From Azolla caroliniana (lineage: Eukaryota; Plantae; Polypodiophyta): a stretch of DNA of 64,000 bases. A program made the position numbers and the translations under genes. The notes under the pieces were generated by a model, which saw only the letters and a program-made list of their open reading frames with translations, did not search any database and was not told where the DNA came from. Location: contig JBHGNT010000011.1 in NCBI GenBank assembly GCA_043228905.1, positions 7,378,001-7,442,000 on the forward strand, given 5' to 3'. Shown piece after piece: positions 34,840-46,263 of the stretch; the first letter of the stretch is position 1, and each line of letters starts with the position of its first letter.

Positions 34840-37800
34840 TACATTAGGGTACAAGTGGGGCCGCCCATTTACGTCGCGGGTTCTCCAGTTTTGTCCTGTT
34901 TGGCGGTGAATGGGTTAGGTGGCGTACCTTTTGCCGTACTACTTCCCCGGCCAGCGTACCCAGTTGGAATGTGCCTTGTTCCGCTCCAATTATCTAGTAT
35001 GGGCCGGTCCAGCGGAAGCGTAACTTCCCTGGCTTATGGCCCATGTGGGTTTGGAAAACCAGCACCACCCGACCGACGACGAACTCCTTTTCCCTTGCGT
35101 TCCGATGTCGATCCACAAACGCTTTATGCCGTCGTTGTTCCTACTCCAACACAGCCATGCTGTGTATGCGTTTTTCCCCAAGTTCAAGTAGTTGGTGGAG
35201 CCGTACCTCCTCTGACTTGGCTTCCAATAGTCGGTCCCGTACCTGAATCTGCAAACTGGGTACCTGAAATTCGACCGGCATCACAGCCTCTGACCGACCT
35301 GAAACGCTAGTCGAAACAGTGTTGACTGTATGCTTGTTTTGTAGCTGGTTCTGTACGCGCATAACGCACTCTGTAATTTGGTATCCTAGTTCGTTCTATT
35401 TTCATTGACAATTTTCTTCAAGATGGTCTACAACGTCTTGTTGGTGGATTCCGCTAACCCATTCGCCTATGGATAATATGACATACTCTATTTATGGACT
35501 ACGGCGTAATGATTTGTTAGTTCCCGAACCACCGTATTGAGAAAGTGACTCCCTTGGTCACTGATGAGCTCAATCGGAACGGCTGAACCGGCACCAGATG
35601 TGCTCGTAAAGGAACTTGGTTGTGACAACCGCCATATTTTCTCGTAGTGCCTTTGCTTCTACCCACTTGGTGGAATAATCCGTAGCTACCAATATGTATT
35701 TATTGCCCGTACGGGTTGCCGCCGGTGTGAAGGGGTCCATGAAATCCAATCCCCACTTTTGGAAGGGGTCTAGCGGTAATACGGGCTGGTATGGCATCCT
35801 TGCGCCTTCCGTGGGCTGGCCCATCCGTTGACACAAATCACACTTTCTACAATACTCGGATGCGTCCTTCTGCGTTGTTGGCCACCATAAGCCCGCCTGC
35901 CATATCTTCCGGGCTGTAATGTCCCCCGCGTAATGGCCGCCTGCCGTGCCGCACTACTTCTTTCTCATCTTGACGTACCCCTCGTCGCCAAATGCCGTTA
36001 CTGCCTTTGGAATTTATTGATGTTATAGATCATCCCTAGCGCCTCCCGCTCCGTTGTGGAATAGTTACGCTCTACTGTTGATAATTTGTGACTAGCGTAG
36101 TACACTGGCCGGTACCAGTTTGGTTCGGTGAGCTGCATTAGTGCACTTCCTATTGTTATGTCCGAGGCGTCGACGAACACGTGGAATGGCTTCGCCCAAA
36201 CTGGTGGTTGTACGACGGGAGCCTGTGTGAGCATTATCTTAAGTGCCTCATAGGCCTTGTCCTCCGTTGCTATCCATTGGAAGGGAGTTCGATGTACGAC
36301 AGCATGTAACGGCGTGGCGAAGTCTGCCAAATATCGTATCATCCGACTATGCCACTGTATTTGTCCTAAAAACCGGCCGAGTGATTTCGCGTTTGTCGGA
36401 GTTTTGGCTTGCGTAGTCGCGGAGATCTTGTTCGGATCGACTGCTATTCCCTCCTTGCTGACTATATGGCCCAGGAGAGTTCCGCTGGCCACGCCGAAAG
36501 CACATTTTGCGGGATTCAGGCTTAAGCGTGCGGTGCGGCAACGTTCCAGGCACAGTTGCAGGTGCGTAAAATGGTCTCCCATATACCGCAAAGTTGTCTA
36601 AAAAAACTTGCATGAACGCCGGAATGTATTCCCCAAAGATCTCCGTAATTGTCCGTTGGAATGTTGCCGGCGCCGTCTTTAGCCCGAACATCATGACGAC
36701 TGCCACATAGACTCCCCAATCCGTGACAAATGCCGTCTTTTCTTGGTCCTCGGGATGCATGCATACCTGGTTATACCCACTGAAGCCATCTAAAAAAATG
36801 TACATCTCATGTCGTGTGACGTCGTCCAGTACGCTATCTGTGAAGGGTAAAGGGAATGCGTCCGTAATGGTTATGACATTTAATTTTCGGTAATCCACGC
36901 ATACCCATATTTTGCCATTTTTCTTTGGAACGACCACTATTGGGCTTAACCAGGTGGCTTGTTTAACTGGCCGTATGAACCCCGCCTTCAGGAGTTTGTC
37001 AATTTCTTCTTTTACGCGGGTTGCGTAGTTCGGGTTCATGCGGTAGCGAAGCTGCTGGACGGGTTTTGCGTTGGTTGCTAAATTGATCTTATGCTGATAG
37101 AACTTGGGACCTAACCCCTTCATGTCCTCGTGAGCCCAAGCGAACACATCTTTATATTTCGTGAGTAGTGCGATCATCATGTTTCTCCGGTCCGGCCTTA
37201 ATTCCTTTGTGATAGAGAGGAAACGGGGTTCCGACTCCTTACCCACATTTACTTCGTCCAGGACGGAGGCGGTGACTCGTCATGAAATTTCCATTTCCCT
37301 TTCGAATGCCGCCCGTGCTCTGTTGAGTTCCAATAAGGACCCTAGGTTTGGTTCGTAAGCCTCGTCGTGGAGAATAGTGGTCGTGGCATATTCTGCCGCG
37401 GTTGCGATGACGTCGATTTCGAACAACGGAATGATCCGTGGGTGCTCATCTAGGTATGCCTCTAATTCTGCATCCTCCACCCCAGCCAACATATTTATAT
37501 CTTCTGCGTAGAATGGTGTTATACCCTTGGGTTGTGGCGTGCTTCCTTCCGTAGGTACGCGAACCTTGGTGCGTCCTTGTCGGAAACTGATCCACTTATG
37601 TTGCCAGCCCTGCTTGATATTTGCTACCCGAAGCCATGGTCTGCCCAGAAGCACTGGGTGCACCCCTGGGGCGTCCAAGGCGAGGACGACCCTCGAGATG
37701 TCAAAGCGATGTCCGCCCACGATAATGCCTATCTTGCGAATTAAACCCAATGGTCGTACTGAGCGGGTATCTGCCATTCGGAGCCAGAATGGGCAAGCCT

Positions 37801-39700
37801 CCCATTCTGAAAGGCCTAACTGCTCGCAAGTTTTCACTCTAATTACATTGACGCCTGAGCCGCCATCGATTATGCATCCAGAAATTTCCTGTCCGTGTAA
37901 TATTAATGTAATAGCCGGGTTGTGGTGATCCACTATAGGCGGGCCGTCGCTAACGTCTGTAAGGTTTGTAGCGACGCTGACCCCGGGTATGCCCGTCACC
38001 CGTTCTTCCATGGTCTAGCGGAAGCGTGGGACTAGCTGCAGCAGCTTCTCCATTGTTAACGTTATCTCGCAGCCCGCTAATGCCTGCCAAATGGGGTCCG
38101 GGACCGGTCCTTCGTCCTCCGCTTGATCCCTCGTGTTTCCGAACTCCTTCTGCATCTCATCTTGCGCAGCCCAATCAGCCGTTTTTGTTTGCTGGCGTGC
38201 CGTGACTTGTTGTACTTCCGCCGTAATCGTGTTGACGGCGGGCCCCTTACCCTTGCGTACTGGGCATTGCGTGGCATAATGTCCAGGCTGCTGACAAATA
38301 AAACAATGGATGCTTGATTCACCCTTCTCGGCTCCTCGTGGTGTGTGCCGATCCCGTGGTGCGACTTGCTCCTCTTGGTCCGGCCTTGTTTATCGGAACG
38401 CACGCGGTGGTTGTTGTTGGTCCCGTCGTGGTTCTTGGTGTCGCTCATCTCTCGAGCTTTCGTCGTACCGCCGGTGATCTTGATATTGTCGCGGCTTCCC
38501 ACGATAACCATTGAAGCCGCCACGTTTGTTTGTCGGCCGGTAATTCTCATAGCGCCGACCCCCTTTAGCATAACTCGGATGTCCACGATAATCCTCATCC
38601 TCTGGTTCATCTTCCTCGGAATCGTTGTGATTTCGGCGATTCCGGTGGTGCCGGTCGTCCCGTGGGTTGCGATCCATATACCGTGGTCGGTCTTCCTGCC
38701 ACCTTTGTTCAGTAAGGTGTGGGGCACGTTGTGTTTCCATGTTGCGGATTGTGGGAGCGGCTCTGTTCAACATATTGTATTCGCATTGTTCGACTGTGTG
38801 AGCCTTTGAGTGGCAGATTGGGCAGTGGATTCGCATGTTGCACTCCACTGCGGAATGCCCTGAGTTCAAGCAAATCATGCACTGGATTGCTGGACGAAAG
38901 TGGCGTTCCTCGTCCTGGGGTAACGCTTGTCGTAAGGAGGACATAGAAAACCTTTCCTCCTCGTCCAACTCGAGTTGTAACGCTCGTTCAATGACCATAT
39001 CCGTCGTTTCCCCTTTCACGCTATTGTTGTTGAGCGTTGCTCGGATGGGTCGGCGTAATGTTGCCAAAAATGTCTCTCAAGCCTCGTCCTCCGCGGGGCT
39101 CCGTTCTAGTTTCCACCGTAAATTTTGGAAACGTAAGCTGAAGTCTATGATCGTCTCGGTCGGCAGTTGCTTAATCGTGTAGAGCCATTCGAGGATTTTG
39201 GGTTGCGGAACCCTCCGATGCAAGAACCGCAAGAAAGCGGACTACAACTGATCGAAGGTTGTGATTGCTGGTAAGTCCATCTGTGAATGCCAAAACGCCA
39301 CTCGCCCATCCAATGTTAACCCAAACTCCGTCATTTTCAATTGGTGCGCTACCGCCTCCGAAAGGCTCTGCGCCATGTGGTTCGCATTCCAGACATTAAG
39401 GAACATGCGAATATGGGTTGCGGCGTCGGTTTCGCCGTTAAAGCGGGGATAGGCAAAGGTCACGCTAGGGGCTACGACGGGTCGGGAAAGACCACAGGGT
39501 GGCTGTGGTGAGCGTGCTCCCCATGTATCGTCGAGGTGTTTGGAGAGCGAAGAATCACCTTTGTAATCATGGTAGGTAGTATTGAGATCGCTAAGGCGAG
39601 GCTTCTGCCGCGCGCGTTCCTATGCCTGGCGTGTGACGGACCGTGTGATTGGCCTATCTTGTCGTGTTGGTTCTCTGGGGCGTCTGCGGCTAAACATCCA
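34840..39700 (-). pseudogene. gag-pol of gypsy G1 (three CCHC knuckles, PR, RT, partial RH, IN)
   Basis: CMICLNSGH..C, CPICHSKAH..C, CFICQQPGH..C; PR IIDGGSGVN; RT WLSPIVVVPKKNG..LDGFSGYNQ..FLDNF; RH VFVDAS..EREAL; IN QKWGLDF..KWVEAK. Deletion near 35998. Ends approximate. Confidence 0.88.
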
Positions 39701-40650
39701 TTCGTCGTTGCTCGTCTGTGAGAAGACACATATCACCAAGCGTGCCAAAAGTGTTACCGATTAGGAACATGGTCTTCGGTTAGTCCTTCGACCTAGACCT
39801 CCAAGTGATTGTGGAACAACGAATGGGGCGTCTATGTGTAATGCGTAGGGGAATGCTCCCCATAACCTATCAGCGTATAAGGGAGACAACTACAACCGAC
39901 TCCTTAGCAATGGTTACACTTACATTCTTACACGCTCAGATAATCCAGACACACAGTAAATTAGCCGTAGCTATACACAAACTTTCAGAGAAGATAGAAT
40001 TCTATTACGATACGCTTCTTTACATTCCAAAAATACACGCTCCCCCTATCAGAGGTTTTCTGCCCTTTATATACGCAGGGTCTATTTAGCCGTTCAAGCT
40101 TCCTGCGTGAACCGTTACATGCGTTATGATCTTATATTATTTCTTATTCCTATGCTCTTGTCCGTCGGTTATGATTCCAGCGGACAACACTCGACGTTCA
40201 CATCAATAGAGGCTAAGGAGTCACATATATCTTTGATCTTCGAGGTGTAATCAGCCACCGACAAATCACGTTGTCGTAGGTTGCTCAGCTCCTGTCGGAG
40301 TTGAAGCTTCCTGGCTGTAGTGCTTGCAGCGAAAATCTTGTTCAAATTTCGCGAAGCATCCTTTGGCGTTTTCGCATCCTGAATATAGCTCAAAAGTTGT
40401 TCGCCCACACAAGACGCGAAGCAGTACAGTACTCTGCTCGCCGACTGTTCCCACGCCGGGAAATCTCTGTGTGTCGATTCGGGTGCTGTGTCATTTTCTC
40501 CGTTGACATAGCTCCAATAATCATGCCCGAGCATGTACTGGTGCATCTTGTAGGACCAAGACGCGTAGTTGTTTTTGTCGAGCTTTTCCATCGGAAGCGA
40601 GCTAGCCATGCCTCTATCCATCGGTTTTACCTATTCTTCTTGGTTGTTTT

Positions 40651-43600
40651 TGTTGAGAATCGACGCTTCGTTTTACCTTCTTCTTCGACCACAACCGAGT
40701 AATTGCGAATCAAAGGAGCAGAAAATAGGAAACACAGAGAAAGACACGATGACACAGGAATTAACGTGGAAAACCCTAAATGGGAAAAACCACGGGAGTC
40801 CTCAAACTCCAACTATTACTATGAACAGAGATGTACAATGGTGAAGCTACAAGGCAACAACCTTGAGTTCACTGTCTTCGCCACAGGCGGCGGTAATACA
40901 CAGAGGCAACGACCTCTTCGTCTCTCTCTCTCTCGGCTGCTCTCACTTCGCTCCCTCTTAGTGGAAAAACAGAAAATGAGCAACAACATAAACTGTTTGC
41001 CCTAAGTCATATTTATACACATATGACTTTCGGGCTATTTACAAAATATAGCCTCAATGGCTCTTAGCAAACATATTCACAAATATGTCCCTGCATCCGG
41101 ATCTCTCTCCGGGTACATTCATCATCCGGCTCCGTAGCCGGGGTCTTCAGCATCCAGCTCCGTAGCCGGGGTCTTCATCATCCGGATCCGTATCCGGGTA
41201 CTCTTCATCCGGCTTCATGCCGGGTAGTCTTCATCATCCGGATCCGCATCCGGGTACACTTCATCCGGCTTCATGCCGGGTAGTCTTCATCATCCGGATC
41301 CGCATCCGGGTACACTTCATCCGGCTTCATGCCGGGTACTCTTCATCATCCGGTTCCGTAACCGCAACCGGGCTTGCCGTCATTTATCTCCGGGGACATC
41401 CCATCCGGAGGGACCGAAATCCCAACAAACTCCCCCTTCACTTCGGCATGGGATGTCTCTCTAATCCAATCCTCTTCCGGCATGCTTCCAACTTGTCGGG
41501 TGTGAGCACTTTGGTCAGCATATCTGAGCCGTTCTCGTCCGTGTGGATCTTCGTCAGCACGAACTCCTGGTCTTCTATCCTTTCCCGGATCCAGTGATAT
41601 CTTCGCTGGATGTGCTTCGTCCGGGAGTGATAGGCCGCGTTCTTCGCAAGATGGATGGCACTCTGACTGTCACAGTAGAGTCGGTACTCCTCCTGCCGGA
41701 TACCGAGCTCTCTAATGAAGTCCTTCATCCATATTATTTCCTTGCTGGCTTCAACAGCCGCCATGTACTCTGCCTCCGTGGTTGACAACGCAACCGTCTT
41801 CTGCAGCCTCGACTGCCATGAAACAGCTCCCCCTGCATACGTCATCACGTACCCTGATGTGGACCGGCTGGTATCTGCATCAGCCGACATATCCGAATCG
41901 GTAAAGCCGTCGAGTTCGGGCTTTCCGGAGCCGAATCGGAGGCACACGTTTGCTGTGCCCTTCAGGTATCGGAGTATCCACTTGGCCGTGTTCCAATGCT
42001 CTTTGCCGGGATTGCTCATGTACCGGCTCACCACTCCGACTGCATATCCGATGTCCGGTCTCGTACACACCATGGCGTACATCAAGCTCCCGACGGCTGA
42101 GGCATACGGCACTTTCATCATATCCTCCTTTTCAGCCTTTGTCTTGGGACTTTGCTTGCTGGACAGCTTGCAGTTTGTCGGGAGGGACGATCCGACCGGT
42201 CTCGCTTCCGACATGTTGAACCGGTGAAGCACCTTCGTCACGTACTTCTCCTGTGACAGCCACAACTGCTTCTTCTTTCGATCCCGGATGATGTGCATCC
42301 CTAGTATTTGCCTCGCCGGACCCAGGTCCTTCATTGAGAAGGTTCGGTGAAGAGCCTTCTTCAGCATCCGTATCTTGACCTGGTCCCGTCCGACGATCAA
42401 CATGTCGTCCACGTACAGGAGGAGTATTAGAGAGTCTCCTCCTTCGAACTTCTTCACAAACACGCAGTGGTCGGACTGCGTTTTGAGGTACCCTTCGTCG
42501 GTCATGAAGGAGTCGAACTTCCGGTACCATTGCCGGGGAGCCTGCTTCAGTCCGTAAAGGCTCTTCTTCAACCGGCATACCAGGTGCTCCTTCCCTTTCT
42601 TCTCGAATCCTTCCGGTTGCTGCATGTAGATCTCTTCTTCGAGGTCACCGTGAAGGAATGCCGTCTTCACGTCCATCTGTTCTACCTCGAGGTCCATGCT
42701 TGCCGCTATGCTCAGCACCGTCCGGATGGAGGTCATCTTCACTACCGGGGCGAATATCTCGTCGAAGTCGACGCCCTTCTTCTGCTGAAACCCCTTCCCC
42801 ACGATCCTGGCTTTGTATCTCGGGGGGTTTCCGGCATCTCCCGGTTTCAGCTTGAACACCCACTTGTTTCGAAGTGCCCGCTTTCCTTTCGGCAACTCCA
42901 CAAGTTCATATGTGTGGTTCTCATGCAGGGAATCCATCTCGTCCTGCATGGCACTCAACCACCTGCGGCTCTGGGTGTCGTGCTTTGCTTCTTCAAAGCT
43001 CTCCGGCTCCCCCTCGTCGGTTAGCAGCACGTGCTCTGGTTCCGGAAATCTCCGGGGGGCCCTTCTCTCTCTCAGAGGATATCTCCGTTCCGGGGCTTCG
43101 GTAACCGGTTCTTCCGATTCTTCTTCATCCGAATCCATTTCGGGATCGGGGCCGGTTCCGGTATCATTTTCATCTTCTTCGGCCGGTTCTGTTTCTTCAC
43201 CGTCTTCGGCCGGGTCCTCGAGTGCTAACCGGTCCCTTGCCGGTCGGGACTGCTCCTCGTAGAGTTTATCCTCACCGGTCGACTTGGAGCTCTTCATCTT
43301 CTTCTCCGACTCCCAGTCGGCGAGTGTCTTGTCCTCCATGAAGATGATATCTCGACTCCTGAAAATCTTCTTGTCGACCGGGTCCCATACTCGGTAGCCG
43401 AACTCGTCGTCGCCGTAACCGAGGAATATGCATGGCCGGGTCTTTGGATCTAACTTTCCTCTCCGGTCCTTTGCCACATGCACGTATGCGAGACACCCGA
43501 ACACCTTCAGATGCCGGTAGGACACTTCCTTACCGGTCCACACTTTCTGCGGCGTGTCTCCGTCCAAAGGTACTGAGGGTGATCTGTTTATCACATACGT

Positions 43601-46263
43601 CGCCGTCGACATTGCCTCAGCCCAAAACCCCTTGGGTAATTTCGCATGCGCCAGCATACTCCGGACCCTCTCCATTATGGTCCGGTTCATCCTCTCGGCC
43701 AGCCCGTTTAGTTCCGGCGTCTTCGGCACAGTAAACTCGAGCCGGATTCCCTTCGAGCGACAGTACTCCTGGAATTGCCCCCGGTATTCCCCTCCGTTAT
43801 CCGCTCGTATCGCTTTCAGCTTCTTGCCGGATTCTCTTTCCACTCTCGCGTGGAGTTCTTTGAAGACGGACAACACTTGGTCCTTTGTCTTCAACGGTGC
43901 CGTCCACAGCTTCCGGCTGTGATCATCAATGAATGTCACGAAGTACTGGGCTCCGCCATGTGACTTCGTTTCTACTTGACACACGTCAGTGTGCACCAGC
44001 TCCAACGGTGCGCTACGTCTCGTCGGTGGCCTTGAGTGGAAGGAGGTCCGGTTTTGCTTACCGGCCAGGCAGTCGGTGCACTTCTCCAGGTGCACATGCT
44101 TCACTGGAATGAGGTTGTCTTCTGCAAGCCTCTTCATCCCCTTCTCACTCATGTGGCACAGTCTCTTGTGCCACAGCTCACCGGCAGTGTCGGCTGCCAC
44201 GTTCAGCTCCTCCGGACATAGCTGGGAATTCATCAGGTACAGTGTGTTGACCTTCCGGGCCCGAGCCACTATCAGGCTCCCCTTGCTGAATTTCATGACA
44301 CCGTTTCGGATGCTACCCGTGTAGCCTTCATCGTCTAGCCTGCCGGCCGAAATCAGGTTCAATCGAACCTCCGGAACGTGTCGAACATCCTTCAGCAGCA
44401 TCTTGCATCCGGTTGATGTCATCAGCCACACGTCTCCTATGCCGGCTATCCGGCACGTACCTTCATTTCCCATCCGGACACAGCCGTGCTCACCGGCTGT
44501 GTAGGATGAGAAGTATTTCTTCTCCGGGGTCAGGTGGAACGACGCTCCGGAATCGACCACCCAGGTCATCTCTTCACCGGCAAGGTTCAGCTCCCTCTCT
44601 TCGGTAATGAGCATTATCTCTTCTTCACTTGCCGCGAGTGCCGTTGTTCCTTTCCGGTCCTGCCCTCGCCGATCCGAACCTCTCCGGTCCGTGGCTCCCC
44701 GGTATGCACCGTTTCTCTCCGGTGACTTCTTCGAATCGGTGTCGTCGGCTCCGTTGTCCTTTCGGTAATGCCGACAATTCTTCCGGAAGTGCCCCGTCTT
44801 CCCACAATGGAAGCATGTGGGCCTTCCTCTTGACTGCGACCGGGTTCCCGACTTCTCCCGTCTTTGCGGACTCCGGTTCCGATGTCTTCCCCATTCCGAT
44901 TCGGTAAGCAGCGCCTTCGAGTCGGAGGCCGGTTCTTTATCTCTCCGACGCGCTTCTTCGTTCAGAATGCTTGTCTTTACCGTTTGTAGAGACAAGTTAT
45001 CTTCGGTGCAGGAGGTGCTGAGAGTCACCACCAAGTTCTCCCAGCTGTCCGGCAATGTACACATCAGGATGATGGCTTGCATTGCATCCTCCAACGGGAA
45101 CTTGATCGCCGCAAGCTGGTTCACGAATCCCATGAACGTGCTTACGTGTTCCACCATACTCTCGCCGTCCCGGTACTTGAGATTCACAATCTTCCTCATC
45201 AGGGAGGTTCGGTTCAACGCATTCTTCCTCTCGTAGAGGCCCGACAGCTTCTTCCACATCTCATATGCGTTGGTGTCATTCGCCACATGTTGTAGGACGC
45301 TTACATCGACATATTGTCGGATCGTCGCTACGGCTTTCCGGTTCAGGAGCTTCCACTCCGACTCAAGTACTCCCTTCGGTATTTCCGACCTGTCAATCGG
45401 TTCGTACAGGTCCCGAACAATCAGAAGATCCTCCATCTTGATCTTCCAGTCGGCGTAATTCTGCGCATTCAGCACCATCATTCCCGGCTGCCCGCTGCTG
45501 CCGCCTTCCATTTTCTGTGTTACCGTCGCTCTGATACCAGTTTGTTGAGAATCGACGCTTCGTTTTACCTTCTTCTTCGACCACAACCGAGTAATTGCGA
45601 ATCAAAGGAGCAGAAAATAGGAAACACAGAGAAAGACACGATGACACAGGAATTAACGTGGAAAACCCTAAATGGGAAAAACCACGGGAGTCCTCAAACT
45701 CCAACTATTACTATGAACAGAGATGTACAATGGTGAAGCTACAAGGCAACAACCTTGAGTTCACTGTCTTCGCCACAGGCGGCGGTAATACACAGAGGCA
45801 ACGACCTCTTCGTCTCTCTCTCTCTCGGCTGCTCTCACTTCGCTCCCTCTTAGTGGAAAAACAGAAAATGAGCAACAACATAAACTGTTTGCCCTAAGTC
45901 ATATTTATACACATATGACTTTCGGGCTATTTACAAAATATAGCCTCAATGGCTCTTAGCAAACATATTCACAAATATGTCCCTGCATCCGGATCTCTCT
46001 CCGGGTACATTCATCATCCGGCTCCGTAGCCGGGGTCTTCAGCATCCAGCTCCGTAGCCGGGGTCTTCATCATCCGGATCCGTATCCGAGTACTCTTCAT
46101 CCGGCTTCATGCCGGGTAGTCTTCATCATCCGGATCCGCATCCGGGTACACTTCATCCGGCTTCATGCCGGGTACTCTTCATCATCCGGTTCCGTAACCG
46201 CAACCGGGCTTGCCGTCATTTATCTCCGGGGACATCCCATCCGGAGGGACCGAAATCCCAACA
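40651..46263 (-). mobile_element. Intact Tork/Tnt1-like copia E2, inserted in the leader of C
   Basis: LTRs 40651-41427 and 45543-46263 differ by about one SNP and a 56-bp repeat indel; TSD GTTTT (40646-40650, 46264-46268); PBS TGGTATCAGAGC 45528-45539; PPT 41428-41440. Confidence 0.96.
41438..45511 (-). CDS. Uninterrupted Gag-PR-IN-RT-RH polyprotein of E2 (1357 aa from MEGGSS)
   Basis: CFHCGKTGH..C; WVVDSGASFH; WHKRLCHMS..CTDC; HTDVC..IRADNGGEY..NGLAERMNRT; LYVDDML; FTDSD..YCDSQSAI..HSRTKHI. The stop overlaps the PPT. Confidence 0.95.
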   Translation of the reverse strand: MEGGSSGQPGMMVLNAQNYADWKIKMEDLLIVRDLYEPIDRSEIPKGVLESEWKLLNRKAVATIRQYVDVSVLQHVANDTNAYEMWKKLSGLYERKNALNRTSLMRKIVNLKYRDGESMVEHVSTFMGFVNQLAAIKFPLEDAMQAIILMCTLPDSWENLVVTLSTSCTEDNLSLQTVKTSILNEEARRRDKEPASDSKALLTESEWGRHRNRSPQRREKSGTRSQSRGRPTCFHCGKTGHFRKNCRHYRKDNGADDTDSKKSPERNGAYRGATDRRGSDRRGQDRKGTTALAASEEEIMLITEERELNLAGEEMTWVVDSGASFHLTPEKKYFSSYTAGEHGCVRMGNEGTCRIAGIGDVWLMTSTGCKMLLKDVRHVPEVRLNLISAGRLDDEGYTGSIRNGVMKFSKGSLIVARARKVNTLYLMNSQLCPEELNVAADTAGELWHKRLCHMSEKGMKRLAEDNLIPVKHVHLEKCTDCLAGKQNRTSFHSRPPTRRSAPLELVHTDVCQVETKSHGGAQYFVTFIDDHSRKLWTAPLKTKDQVLSVFKELHARVERESGKKLKAIRADNGGEYRGQFQEYCRSKGIRLEFTVPKTPELNGLAERMNRTIMERVRSMLAHAKLPKGFWAEAMSTATYVINRSPSVPLDGDTPQKVWTGKEVSYRHLKVFGCLAYVHVAKDRRGKLDPKTRPCIFLGYGDDEFGYRVWDPVDKKIFRSRDIIFMEDKTLADWESEKKMKSSKSTGEDKLYEEQSRPARDRLALEDPAEDGEETEPAEEDENDTGTGPDPEMDSDEEESEEPVTEAPERRYPLRERRAPRRFPEPEHVLLTDEGEPESFEEAKHDTQSRRWLSAMQDEMDSLHENHTYELVELPKGKRALRNKWVFKLKPGDAGNPPRYKARIVGKGFQQKKGVDFDEIFAPVVKMTSIRTVLSIAASMDLEVEQMDVKTAFLHGDLEEEIYMQQPEGFEKKGKEHLVCRLKKSLYGLKQAPRQWYRKFDSFMTDEGYLKTQSDHCVFVKKFEGGDSLILLLYVDDMLIVGRDQVKIRMLKKALHRTFSMKDLGPARQILGMHIIRDRKKKQLWLSQEKYVTKVLHRFNMSEARPVGSSLPTNCKLSSKQSPKTKAEKEDMMKVPYASAVGSLMYAMVCTRPDIGYAVGVVSRYMSNPGKEHWNTAKWILRYLKGTANVCLRFGSGKPELDGFTDSDMSADADTSRSTSGYVMTYAGGAVSWQSRLQKTVALSTTEAEYMAAVEASKEIIWMKDFIRELGIRQEEYRLYCDSQSAIHLAKNAAYHSRTKHIQRRYHWIRERIEDQEFVLTKIHTDENGSDMLTKVLTPDKLEACRKRIGLERHPMPK

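Larger units (their letters stand above)
17430..40189 (-). mobile_element. Non-chromoviral Ty3/gypsy element G1 with an extra 3' ORF, inserted in gag of C
   Basis: TSD CTCGA (17425-17429, 40190-40194). 5' LTR 39752-40189; 3' LTR 17430-19084, interrupted at 17753-18964. PBS TGGCACGCTTGGTG (tRNA-Arg type) 39734-39747 on the minus strand. Confidence 0.92.

Noticed and set aside
45512-45586. N-terminal 25 aa of the 1382-aa ORF (likewise 27244-27300 and 19835-19924)
   Set aside because: They start at non-ATG codons inside the LTR/PBS; the first ATG after the PBS is the more likely start.
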